From an uncultured Acidobacteriota bacterium (GTDB lineage: Bacteria > Acidobacteriota > Thermoanaerobaculia > UBA5066), in contig CAVZYA010000001.1 of NCBI GenBank assembly GCA_963779415.1, forward strand, positions 960,001-1,024,000: a stretch of 64,000 bases of DNA, in the 5' to 3' direction. The translations under genes and the position numbers were made by a program. Below, in pieces: positions 53,015 through 61,465 of the stretch. Within the stretch, counting starts at the first letter, position 1. Every line of letters begins with the position of its first letter. Below the pieces are notes generated by a model. That model had not been told where the DNA came from, ran no database searches, and saw only the letters and a program-made list of their open reading frames with translations.

Positions 53015-53572
53015 CTAGGTTGTCTCGTCCGGGACGAGGCTGGCAAAGGCGGGCTCGTCGTGAAGGACCTGCTCGATCGAAAGGAGGAAGTCGTCGTCGG
53101 CCTGGTCGGCGGCCGGAACGCCCGCCGCCGTCGGCGTCGCCATCGCCTGCGGGGCCGGGGTCGGCACGGCACGCGATCCGAAACGGGCCACGGAGAGCCC
53201 CGCCATGAGAGCCACGGCGGCGGCGAGGCTCCCGAGGGCGAGGAACGGATGGCGGAAGAGACGCCGGCCCCGGACGGCCGCCGGGAACGGGAGGATGCCG
53301 CTCGTCACGGGACGCTCCGGCACCGCACGTCCCTCGACGGCCGCGAGAATGGCCGTTCGCTCGGATTCCCAGAACGACTCCGGAAGGCCGTCGACGAATC
53401 CGTCCACGGCGCCGCGGTCGAGAAGCCACGCCTCGCGAAGGCGCGCCACCTTCGCCTGGCACTCCTCGCAGCCGGCGAGGTGCTCCGGGACGGCGGAGGG
53501 CCGGTCGTCTCCGGGAAAGACCCGCGCGACGATTTCATCCGTGGTGAGGTGGCGATCCTCGGAGAGCTTCAT
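53015..53572 (-). CDS. Zinc-finger anti-sigma factor
   Basis: HLAGCEEC (HxxxCxxC) plus TM helix, coupled to the ECF sigma gene. Confidence 0.78.
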   Translation of the reverse strand: MKLSEDRHLTTDEIVARVFPGDDRPSAVPEHLAGCEECQAKVARLREAWLLDRGAVDGFVDGLPESFWESERTAILAAVEGRAVPERPVTSGILPFPAAVRGRRLFRHPFLALGSLAAAVALMAGLSVARFGSRAVPTPAPQAMATPTAAGVPAADQADDDFLLSIEQVLHDEPAFASLVPDETT

Positions 53573-54264
53573 CGGAGATCCTCCAGCCGCTCGCGCAGCT
53601 TCCGCGCCGCGCGGAAGAGGTGGGATTTGATCGTCCCCTCGTCCAGGCCGGTGGCCACGCCAATCTCCGCGATCGAGCGCTCCTCGTAATGCTTCATGAC
53701 GAAGACGGTCCGCTGGCGGGGCGAGAGGGCGACGAGCGCATCGGCGATCCGGCGTCGGATCTCGCGCGACATCAGGTCCCGCTCGGGAGACGTTCCGTCC
53801 GCAGGATCGAGGCGGTCCGGAATCTCCGGCCCGCCCTCCTCGTCGGCGCCCCGGAGATCGCTGAAGGAGACGACCGGCCGCCGCCGCCGGACGAGGTCGC
53901 GCACCGCGTTGATGGCGATCCGCGTCACCCAGGTCTCGAACGCGGCGCCGCCCTTGAAGTCCCGGAGCGCCCGGTAGGCCTTCACGAAGACGTCCTGCGT
54001 CAGCCCGTCCGCCTCCGCGGGATCACGGAGGAGCGTGTAGGCGAGCCGGTAGATCCGCTTCTGATACGTCCGGACGAAGTACTCGTAGCGGTCCGTCTCG
54101 CCCGCAAGGATTCTCTCGATCTCGGCCCGCTCGAGCTCCTGCCGCTCGGCGGCCGAATGGTCCGGGGCACGGTCTACCGGCTTCAACTCGGCCGCTCCGG
54201 TCCGGTTCCCGAACCGTGCCACGCCGGGAAAGCCGAAGACCTCCGCGAGACCTGTCGCACCCAT
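53569..54264 (-). CDS. ECF RNA polymerase sigma factor
   Basis: ADGLTQDVFVKAY, FETWVTRIAIN, SIAEIG...GTIKSHLFRA. Confidence 0.92.
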   Translation of the reverse strand: MGATGLAEVFGFPGVARFGNRTGAAELKPVDRAPDHSAAERQELERAEIERILAGETDRYEYFVRTYQKRIYRLAYTLLRDPAEADGLTQDVFVKAYRALRDFKGGAAFETWVTRIAINAVRDLVRRRRPVVSFSDLRGADEEGGPEIPDRLDPADGTSPERDLMSREIRRRIADALVALSPRQRTVFVMKHYEERSIAEIGVATGLDEGTIKSHLFRAARKLRERLEDLR

Positions 54265-54271
54265 GCTTCAT

Positions 54272-54300
54272 GAGACGGTTCGAACACGCTGCCGGTTTAC
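54272..54300 (-). promoter_or_regulatory. Putative ECF-dependent (autoregulatory) promoter
   Basis: GTAAAC-N17-CGTCTC just upstream of the sigma start, with the typical ECF AAC/CGT cores. Confidence 0.55.
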
Positions 54301-54332
54301 CTTCTAAGACGCTCGGCTCCGGAAGGATAGCT

Positions 54333-55058
54333 TCAGACTTCCTCCCGCCGCTTCCAGGGCCGCAGCCACGCTTTCGAGTCGTCCCACAGCACGATCCGCT
54401 TCCGGAAGAGCGAGAGCGCCCACTCGACGCCGCCCGGCGAAGTTTCGGGCTCGAAGTAGCTCGAGAGAAGGAGCTTCCGGTCCTCGGGCCGGTTCAGACC
54501 GAGACGGGAGAGATCCCGAAGCCGGTTCCAGAGAGAGACCGGGCTCTCCCCAAGGCGTGCCCGGGTCAGGTCGACGAGCCAGATCGAGAAGCCCGCACCT
54601 TCGCGCGTGACGAGAACGTTTCCGTCAGAGAGGTCCCGGAAGAAGACGCCGGAGTCGTGCATCCTCCTCGCGAGCCGGCCGAGGGCCGCGAGCAGCGGTT
54701 CGAGGGGAATCCCGAGCCGCGGCTCGCCGCGTGCCGGATCGTCGCGCCGGAGGAACCACTCGCGGACCTGAACCGCCCCTTCGAGACGCCGGCTCACGTA
54801 CCAGCTCTCCCCACCCCGTCGGACGACGCCGAGCGGCTCGGGCGTCGGGATGCCGCGCGCGATCAGCTCCTTCGCCACCGAAGCGGAGCGCTCGGCGCGC
54901 GTCCGACCGGGCTTGTCGAAGAGGCTCGCCGGCGTCTTCTTGACGACCACCGGGATTCGGCCCTCGCTTCCAACCAGCGTCGCCTCCACCACCTCGTATC
55001 GCCCCGGATGGCGGACGGGGCTCTCGTCGAATTCGAGGTCCGATTCGCGGAGAATCAC
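54333..55058 (-). CDS. Lipopolysaccharide kinase (Kdo/WaaP/InaA) family protein
   Basis: GIPTPEPLG, RMHDSGVFFRDLSDGNVL, LVDL, DLSRL. GTG start overlaps the ArnT stop. Confidence 0.78.
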   Translation of the reverse strand: MILRESDLEFDESPVRHPGRYEVVEATLVGSEGRIPVVVKKTPASLFDKPGRTRAERSASVAKELIARGIPTPEPLGVVRRGGESWYVSRRLEGAVQVREWFLRRDDPARGEPRLGIPLEPLLAALGRLARRMHDSGVFFRDLSDGNVLVTREGAGFSIWLVDLTRARLGESPVSLWNRLRDLSRLGLNRPEDRKLLLSSYFEPETSPGGVEWALSLFRKRIVLWDDSKAWLRPWKRREEV

Positions 55059-56689
55059 GGGAGCCCCATCAGGACGACCTTCCCCTGACCCACCGGCGAC
55101 CGGTCGACCACGACGAGAGACTTCAGAAGGGGATCCTCCCACCTTCCGAGATGATCCTCGGTCACGAGAACCATCCCCCGCGGCTCGGAGCGGAGCCAGG
55201 TCGCGAGCTCCTCCTCGCTCCTCGGGTGCGCGGTCTTCCGGCGGAGGACGAGAATGGGGTAGCAGCGGTAGGGATCCCCGTAATACGCGAGCGGCTCGCC
55301 ATGCGCGAACGAGGGCGCGATCCGTTCGTAGAAGGCGCGCCCCGTCTTCCTCGCGTCGACGGCGGGAAAGACTGCCGCCGCCACCGACGCCTCCCCGGCC
55401 GCCACCGCCGCCGCGAGGGCGAGGAGGACCGGGATCGCCTCGCGACGCCTCGCGAGCGCCACGGCCGCCACGCCGAGCCCTCCGATCGCGAGCGGGGCCG
55501 CGACCCACGGAGCGAGGCCGGCGTACGCCGGGAACCGGCCGGCCACCCGGGTCGGGAAGAGAGCTGCCGATGCGACGAGCAAGACGCCTACGAAGAGCGC
55601 GTAGCCCCGGAAGAGCCGGGCCCGGAGCGGGGAGCCGGAGACGCGCGCCTCGCGATCCGCGGCCCCCGCCGCGGCGGCGAGAAGGACCGCCGCGAACGGG
55701 TAGGCCATCAGGAGGTACTTACCCTGCTTCGCCTGCGAGATCGAGAGGAAGACGAACGAGGTGGCGAAGACCGCCGCGGCGAGCCGCAGCTCCGACCGCT
55801 CGCGGAAGAGCCCGGCGCGCGCCGCGACGAACGGAGCCGCGAGTGCGGGAAGCGTCCAGGGCTCGAAGTCGATGGAGATCGACTCGAAATAGAACCACCA
55901 GGGCTGGATGTGGTCGAAGGCTCGGAAAAAGCGGTTCCAGTTCTGGTTGACGACGAGGTCGTACGCATACTCCCGCCCGCCGTGGAGCGAGGCCGCCACG
56001 TACCACGGGACGACGAGGAGGCCGACGACGAGCGCTCCGCGGGCCGGGGCGAGGTCGAGAAGCGGGCGGGCCGATCGCGCCCGCACGCATTCCACGACGA
56101 CGACGAGACCGAGAAGGACGAGCGTGAGCGGACCCTTGGCGAGGATCCCCGCCGCGATCAAGAGGTGCAGCGCCGTCCGCCACCGCCCCGCGCGCTTCGG
56201 GTCGTTCCAGACGCCCCACTCGGCGACGTATCCCCAGACGACGAGCGCCGAGAAGAGCGCGTCGATCTGAAGGAACTGTCCCTGCCACCAGACGACCGGC
56301 ACCGTGGCCGTCACCGCCCCCGCGAGGAGCGCTTCGCTCCGGCTCCCGCGTCGCCCGGCGAGCCACGCGGAGGCGAAGACGATTGCCCCCGCGGCCAAAG
56401 CCGACGGCAGGCGCGTGGCGGCGGGGTGGACGTCTCCCCCCGAGAGAAGCGTCGTGGCGGCGATCGCCCAGTAGAAGAGCGGCGGCTTTTCCGAGTAGGG
56501 GACGCCGTTCTGGTACGGGATCAGGAGGTCCCGGCGCTCGAGCATCTCGCGTGTCTGCTCGGCGAAATCGGGCTCGTCCGGCGCCCAGAAGTCGCGCCAC
56601 GCCCCGGCGAGGAAGAAGAGCGCCGCCGCGGCGAGGGCGAGGGCCAGGGGGACGCGGGAGCGGGCCGAGCCCGCCGTCGGGTCGATCAA
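55055..56689 (-). CDS. ArnT/GT83-family membrane glycosyltransferase; start approximate
   Basis: PDEPDFAE, YSEKPPLFYW, RLPSALA, LAKGP, HIQPWWFY. Confidence 0.85.
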   Translation of the reverse strand: MIDPTAGSARSRVPLALALAAAALFFLAGAWRDFWAPDEPDFAEQTREMLERRDLLIPYQNGVPYSEKPPLFYWAIAATTLLSGGDVHPAATRLPSALAAGAIVFASAWLAGRRGSRSEALLAGAVTATVPVVWWQGQFLQIDALFSALVVWGYVAEWGVWNDPKRAGRWRTALHLLIAAGILAKGPLTLVLLGLVVVVECVRARSARPLLDLAPARGALVVGLLVVPWYVAASLHGGREYAYDLVVNQNWNRFFRAFDHIQPWWFYFESISIDFEPWTLPALAAPFVAARAGLFRERSELRLAAAVFATSFVFLSISQAKQGKYLLMAYPFAAVLLAAAAGAADREARVSGSPLRARLFRGYALFVGVLLVASAALFPTRVAGRFPAYAGLAPWVAAPLAIGGLGVAAVALARRREAIPVLLALAAAVAAGEASVAAAVFPAVDARKTGRAFYERIAPSFAHGEPLAYYGDPYRCYPILVLRRKTAHPRSEEELATWLRSEPRGMVLVTEDHLGRWEDPLLKSLVVVDRSPVGQGKVVLMGLP

Positions 56690-56717
56690 CGCCGGATACG
56701 ATACGCGACCCGGAGGC

Positions 56718-56957
56718 ATGCCGATGGCCCAGCAGTTCCTGCACCTCTTCCGCCTCACCGTCGATGGGCTCCCCGAGACGGTCGAGTTCCGGATGTTCCA
56801 CGAGCTCGACGACGTGACCGAAGTGACGGACGCCTTCTCCAAGTACGTCGCCCGGCAGGAAGACGATTTTCTCCCGCTCGGCCCCGCGGCGGCCGTCCGC
56901 GCGAACCGGATTCTCCACATCGCCCATGTCCGCGTGGAGAGAGCGCCGACGACGTGA
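56718..56957 (+). CDS. Small hypothetical protein (79 aa)
   Basis: GGAGG RBS, protein-like composition, GC-rich third positions, fills the intergenic gap. Confidence 0.65.
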   Translation: MPMAQQFLHLFRLTVDGLPETVEFRMFHELDDVTEVTDAFSKYVARQEDDFLPLGPAAAVRANRILHIAHVRVERAPTT

Positions 56958-56962
56958 GGAGA

Positions 56963-57039
56963 TGGTGGGCCCGGGGAGACTCGAACTCCCGGCACGCAGT
57001 TTAGGAAACTGCTGCTCTATCCACCTGAGCTACGGGCCC
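56963..57039 (-). tRNA. tRNA-Arg(CCT)
   Basis: GGGCCCG acceptor stem, TAGCTCAG D-arm, anticodon loop TTCCTAA, GTTCGAG T-loop, 3' CCA. TACAAT upstream at 57054-57049. Confidence 0.95.
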
Positions 57040-57068
57040 CGGACTAGGATTGTAGCCGGGGGGAATCC

Positions 57069-58598
57069 ATGGGAAACGAAAGCGAAAAGCCCGGAGGACC
57101 CGACTTCGAGGCCGGAGTCGCCCTCGAGGACATTCCTGACGGCGGGATGCTGTCGGGCCACGTCGGGAACGACGCGGTCCTGATCGCGCGAATCGGGGAC
57201 AAGGTCTTCGCCGTCGGGGCGACGTGCACCCATTACGGAGGGCCACTCGCCGAAGGGATTCTCGTGGGCCAGACGGTCCGGTGTCCCTGGCACCACGCGG
57301 CCTTCGACCTCGAGACCGGCGACGCGATCCGGCCTCCGGCGCGGGATCGGGTCCCCTGCTGGCACGTCGAGCGCCGCGGCGGAAGAGTCATCGTGACCCG
57401 CCGGGCGGAGCCTCCCGCCCGCTCGCCCGCCGCGGGTGGGCACCCGGCCCGGATCGTCATCGTCGGCGGCGGCGCGGCCGGGAACGCCGCGGCGGAGACC
57501 CTGCGGGCGGAGGGCTTCGGTGGGACCCTGACGCTCGTCAGTTCCGATCCCGACCTCCCCTACGACCGGCCGAATCTCTCGAAGGACTATCTCGCGGGAC
57601 ATGCGCCCGAGGAGTGGCTTCCGCTCAGGGACCGCGAGTTCTACGACAGATCGAAGATCGATCTCCGCCTTGGCGTCGCCGCCACGGCCCTCGACCGCAC
57701 GAGCCGACGGCTTCTCCTCTCGGACGGATCGGCGCTCGGGTACGACGCGCTCCTTCTGGCGACCGGCGCCGAGGCGATCCGCCTGCCGATCGACGGTGCG
57801 GATCGTCCCCACGTCCGGACGCTGCGGACGCTGGCCGACAGCCGCGCCCTCATCGCGGCCTCGGGGGGCGCCCGGCGCGCCGTCGTCATCGGAGCCAGCT
57901 TCATCGCGCTCGAGACGGCGGCCTCCCTCAGGTCCCGCGGACTCTCCGTCGACGTCGTGGCGCCGGAGGCCGTCCCTCTCGAGAAGGTGATGGGGAGCGA
58001 GGTCGGTACATTCGTCAGGCGGCTCCACGAAGAGCACGGCGTCGTCTTCCACCTCGGGAGGACGCCGAAAGAGATCGGCCCGTCCGCCGTCACCCTCGAC
58101 GACGACGCCAGACTTCCCGCCGATCTCGTCGTCATGGGTGTCGGCGTGAGGCCGTCCACGGCTCTCGCCGAGAGTGCCGGCCTCGCCACCGAGCGAGGCG
58201 TCCTCGTCGACGAGCGGCTGCGGACGAACGATCCCGCCGTCTTCGCTGCCGGCGACATCGCGCGTTATCCGGACAGGCGCTTCGGCGGGAGAATCCGGAT
58301 CGAGCACTGGATCGTGGCTCAGCGCCAGGGGCGGACCGCCGGGCGCAACATGCTCGGCCTCGGCGAGCGGTTCGACGCCGTCCCGTTCTTCTGGAGCGCC
58401 CACTACGACGTGACGATCTCCTACGTCGGGCACGCGGAGGCGTGGGACTCCGTCGAGATCGACGGAAGCCTGGACAGGCGCGACGCAAAGGTCACCTATC
58501 GGAAATCGGGCCGGACGCTGGCGGTGGCGACGGTCGGTCGGGACCGGGACAGTCTTTCGGCCGAAGTTGCAATGGAGGGGGGACCGAAAACGGCCTGA
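57069..58598 (+). CDS. Rieske [2Fe-2S] plus FAD-dependent ferredoxin reductase (AIF-like)
   Basis: CTHYG...CPWH, GGGAAG, YDRPNLSK, ATG, FAAGDIA, PFFWS. Confidence 0.9.
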   Translation: MGNESEKPGGPDFEAGVALEDIPDGGMLSGHVGNDAVLIARIGDKVFAVGATCTHYGGPLAEGILVGQTVRCPWHHAAFDLETGDAIRPPARDRVPCWHVERRGGRVIVTRRAEPPARSPAAGGHPARIVIVGGGAAGNAAAETLRAEGFGGTLTLVSSDPDLPYDRPNLSKDYLAGHAPEEWLPLRDREFYDRSKIDLRLGVAATALDRTSRRLLLSDGSALGYDALLLATGAEAIRLPIDGADRPHVRTLRTLADSRALIAASGGARRAVVIGASFIALETAASLRSRGLSVDVVAPEAVPLEKVMGSEVGTFVRRLHEEHGVVFHLGRTPKEIGPSAVTLDDDARLPADLVVMGVGVRPSTALAESAGLATERGVLVDERLRTNDPAVFAAGDIARYPDRRFGGRIRIEHWIVAQRQGRTAGRNMLGLGERFDAVPFFWSAHYDVTISYVGHAEAWDSVEIDGSLDRRDAKVTYRKSGRTLAVATVGRDRDSLSAEVAMEGGPKTA

Positions 58599-58675
58599 CC
58601 ACCTCTACGCCGGCCGCAGAACCTCGTGCGAGACGTGGAACCCGGGCTACATGGCAGGGAGCCGGGCCTCCGGAT

Positions 58676-58957
58676 TCACCGATCGCACTCCAACTTCTCG
58701 CCCCAGAAGAAGAGCGTGCCACCCGTCTCCTCTCTCTTCTTCTTCTCCTCGACGAACTGCCAGAGGAAGGCCTTGGCGGTAGCCCGCTGGCACCCCTTCT
58801 GGACCATCAGGTCGAGGACGGTGCCCGGCAGGTCCTCGGGGAGGCTCGCTTCGATCCCGAGGTAGTCACACTTCCCCGCGAGATCATCGTCGACCCAGAG
58901 CTGGTACCGGGTTACGTCCCCGGCGTCCCGGACCTGAAACCGGCGCGTCACCTTCAT
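58676..58957 (-). CDS. Hypothetical protein (93 aa)
   Basis: GGAGG RBS before ATG, protein-like composition, downstream of uvrB. Confidence 0.6.
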   Translation of the reverse strand: MKVTRRFQVRDAGDVTRYQLWVDDDLAGKCDYLGIEASLPEDLPGTVLDLMVQKGCQRATAKAFLWQFVEEKKKREETGGTLFFWGEKLECDR

Positions 58958-59003
58958 CCGGGCCTCCGCTTGCGACTCCTCTCAGGACCTTTCCCCCGTA
59001 TCT

Positions 59004-60989
59004 TCACCCGAAAAGCCTCTGCGAACGAAGCTCGCGGATCCGGTCGCGGAGGGAGGCCGCCGTCTCGAACTCGAGGGCACGCGCGGCTTCTTTCATCTTC
59101 TTCTCGAGATCCCCGATCTCGGCTTCGAGCGCGGCGGCGCCGCGCGGCTCCTTCCGCTCCCCCAGCCGCTGCGGCTCTAAGTAGTCGAGGTTCGCCATGG
59201 CGAGGAGAGGCGAGTCGACGGCCTTGACGATCGACTCGGGGACGATCCCGTGCTCGTCGTTGAAGGCTTTCTGCGTCGTTCGCCGGCGCTCCGTCTCGGC
59301 CAGGGCCCGCCGGATCGAGTCGGTGACCTTCCCGGCATAGAAGATCACGAGGCCGTTCAGGTTCCGCGCCGCGCGCCCGGCCGTCTGGATGAGCGACGTC
59401 TCCGACCGGAGAAACCCTTCCTTGTCGGCGTCGAGAACCGCGACGAGCGACACTTCCGGCAGGTCGAGCCCTTCCCTCAGGAGGTTGACTCCCACGAGCA
59501 CATCGAAGACGCCGCGGCGGAAATCGCCAATGATCTGGACCCGCTCCAGCGTCTGGATGTCCGAGTGGAGATAGCGGACGCGGACCCCCAGCTCGAGAAA
59601 GTAGTTCGTCAGGTCCTCGGCCATCCGCTTCGTCAGGGTCGTCACGAGCGTCCTCTCCCCGCGAGCTGTCCGTTCGCGGACGCGCGAGAGGAGATCGTCC
59701 ACCTGCCCCTTCACCGGCCGGATCTCGATCGGCGGGTCGAGGAGCCCCGTCGGGCGGATCACCTGCTCGACGACCTCGCCACCCGTCTGCGAAAGCTCCC
59801 ACGGGCCTGGCGTCGCGGAAACGTAGAGCCGCTCCCCCACCCGCTCCATCCACTCCTCGAACGTGAGCGGCCGGTTGTCGAGGGCGGACGGGAGGCGGAA
59901 GCCGTACTCCACGAGCGTCGCCTTCCGCGACCGGTCGCCGTGGAACATGGCGCGAACCTGCGGGAGCGTCTGGTGGCTCTCGTCGACGATCGTGAGGTAT
60001 CCCTCCGGGAAGTAGTCGAGGAGGGTCGGGGGCGGCTCGCCCGCCTTACGCCCCGAGAGGTGCCGCGAGTAGTTCTCGATCCCCGGGCAGTACCCCAGCT
60101 CGCGGATCATCTCGAGGTCGAAGCGGGTCCGCTGTTCCAGCCGCTGCGCCTCGAGAAGCTTCCCCTGCTCCTTCAGCTCCTCGACGCGGACGACCATTTC
60201 CGCCTCGATGGAGCCGAGGGCGCGCGTCCGGATCTCCTCCGGAGTGACGTAGTGAGAGGTCGGGAAGAGCTCGAAGCGCGGGATCGCCCCGAGCGTCTTT
60301 CCCGTCACAACCTCGAAGCGCGAGATCCGGTCGATCTCCTCGCCAAAGAACTCCACGCGGAGCCCCGTCTCCTCGTACGCCGGCAGGATCTCGAGAAGGT
60401 CCCCCCGGACGCGGAAGCTCCCGCGCGAAAGGTCCAGCGCCGTCCGCTCGTACTGCGCCTCGACGAGCCGCTTCAGGTACCAGGTGAGGCCGAAGCGGGC
60501 CCCCTTCTCGAACTCGATCGCCATCTTCCCGAACGACTCCGGGCTCCCGAGGCCGTAGATGCACGAGACCGAGGCCACGATCAGGACGTCGCGGCGCTCG
60601 AAGAGGGCGGCCGTCGCCGAGATCCGGAGCTTGTCGATCTCCTCGTTGATGTCCGTCTCCTTCTCGATGTACGTGTCCGACTGCGGCACGTACGCCTCGG
60701 GCTGGTAGTAGTCGTAGTAGGAGACGAAATATTCCACCCGGTTCTTCGGGAAGAACCCCCGGAACTCCTGGTAAAGCTGCGCGGCGAGCGTCTTGTTGTG
60801 CGAGAGGACGAGCGTCGGTCGGTCCAGCGCCTCGACCACCTTCGCCATCGTGAAGGTCTTTCCGGAGCCGGTGACGCCGAGGAGGACCTGCGTCCTTCGC
60901 CCCTCGCGAAATCCGCGGACGAGCGCCTCGATGGCCTGCGGCTGGTCGCCGGAGGGCGTCAGCGGGGAGACGACCTCGAACGGAGGCAC
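59004..60989 (-). CDS. uvrB: Excinuclease ABC subunit B
   Basis: [34 protein letters not shown]-terminal UVR domain. Confidence 0.98.
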   Translation of the reverse strand: MPPFEVVSPLTPSGDQPQAIEALVRGFREGRRTQVLLGVTGSGKTFTMAKVVEALDRPTLVLSHNKTLAAQLYQEFRGFFPKNRVEYFVSYYDYYQPEAYVPQSDTYIEKETDINEEIDKLRISATAALFERRDVLIVASVSCIYGLGSPESFGKMAIEFEKGARFGLTWYLKRLVEAQYERTALDLSRGSFRVRGDLLEILPAYEETGLRVEFFGEEIDRISRFEVVTGKTLGAIPRFELFPTSHYVTPEEIRTRALGSIEAEMVVRVEELKEQGKLLEAQRLEQRTRFDLEMIRELGYCPGIENYSRHLSGRKAGEPPPTLLDYFPEGYLTIVDESHQTLPQVRAMFHGDRSRKATLVEYGFRLPSALDNRPLTFEEWMERVGERLYVSATPGPWELSQTGGEVVEQVIRPTGLLDPPIEIRPVKGQVDDLLSRVRERTARGERTLVTTLTKRMAEDLTNYFLELGVRVRYLHSDIQTLERVQIIGDFRRGVFDVLVGVNLLREGLDLPEVSLVAVLDADKEGFLRSETSLIQTAGRAARNLNGLVIFYAGKVTDSIRRALAETERRRTTQKAFNDEHGIVPESIVKAVDSPLLAMANLDYLEPQRLGERKEPRGAAALEAEIGDLEKKMKEAARALEFETAASLRDRIRELRSQRLFG

Positions 60990-60990
60990 G

Positions 60991-61422
60991 CTAGGGGGCG
61001 GCCTTCTTCAGCGCGGCGGTCAGATCCCGGATCTCCTCCGGCGTCACTTTGCCGTCCGCCGCCACCGCCGTCGCCTTCTCCTGGATCTCCTTCACCTTCG
61101 TCGGGGGGACTTTGCTCGCCGTCGCCTCGTCGCGGAAGCGCTCGAACGCCGAGCGGAACTCGGCTCGCTCGGCGGGCGTCACGTCGGCTGTGCACCCCAT
61201 CAGGACGGCGTCCTCGAGCCTCGTCAGGGCCCAGCCCATCATCTGCCGCGCGTTCGACATCAGGAAGACGAGCCCGACGATGACGATCACCGACGCCGCC
61301 GCGCAGCCGACGAGCCCCCACGAGAGGCATCCGCTCCTCTTCGCGTCGACCGGCGGCGGCAGGGGCGGCAGGACGAGGGGCGGAATCGCCGGTGGCGGGT
61401 TCGGAGGGACCTCTTCAGACAT
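60991..61422 (-). CDS. Hypothetical membrane protein
   Basis: Pro-rich N-terminus, single TM ([20 protein letters not shown]), helical C-terminus. Confidence 0.65.
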   Translation of the reverse strand: MSEEVPPNPPPAIPPLVLPPLPPPVDAKRSGCLSWGLVGCAAASVIVIVGLVFLMSNARQMMGWALTRLEDAVLMGCTADVTPAERAEFRSAFERFRDEATASKVPPTKVKEIQEKATAVAADGKVTPEEIRDLTAALKKAAP

Positions 61423-61465
61423 GCCGTGCCTCGGGCCCGAAAGTTACCACGTGCGAAAATGATCC

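Noticed and set aside
56963-57039. tRNA-Arg as an integration site of a genomic island
   Set aside because: No integrase and no duplicated tRNA 3' end seen in the window. The flanking genes look chromosomal.
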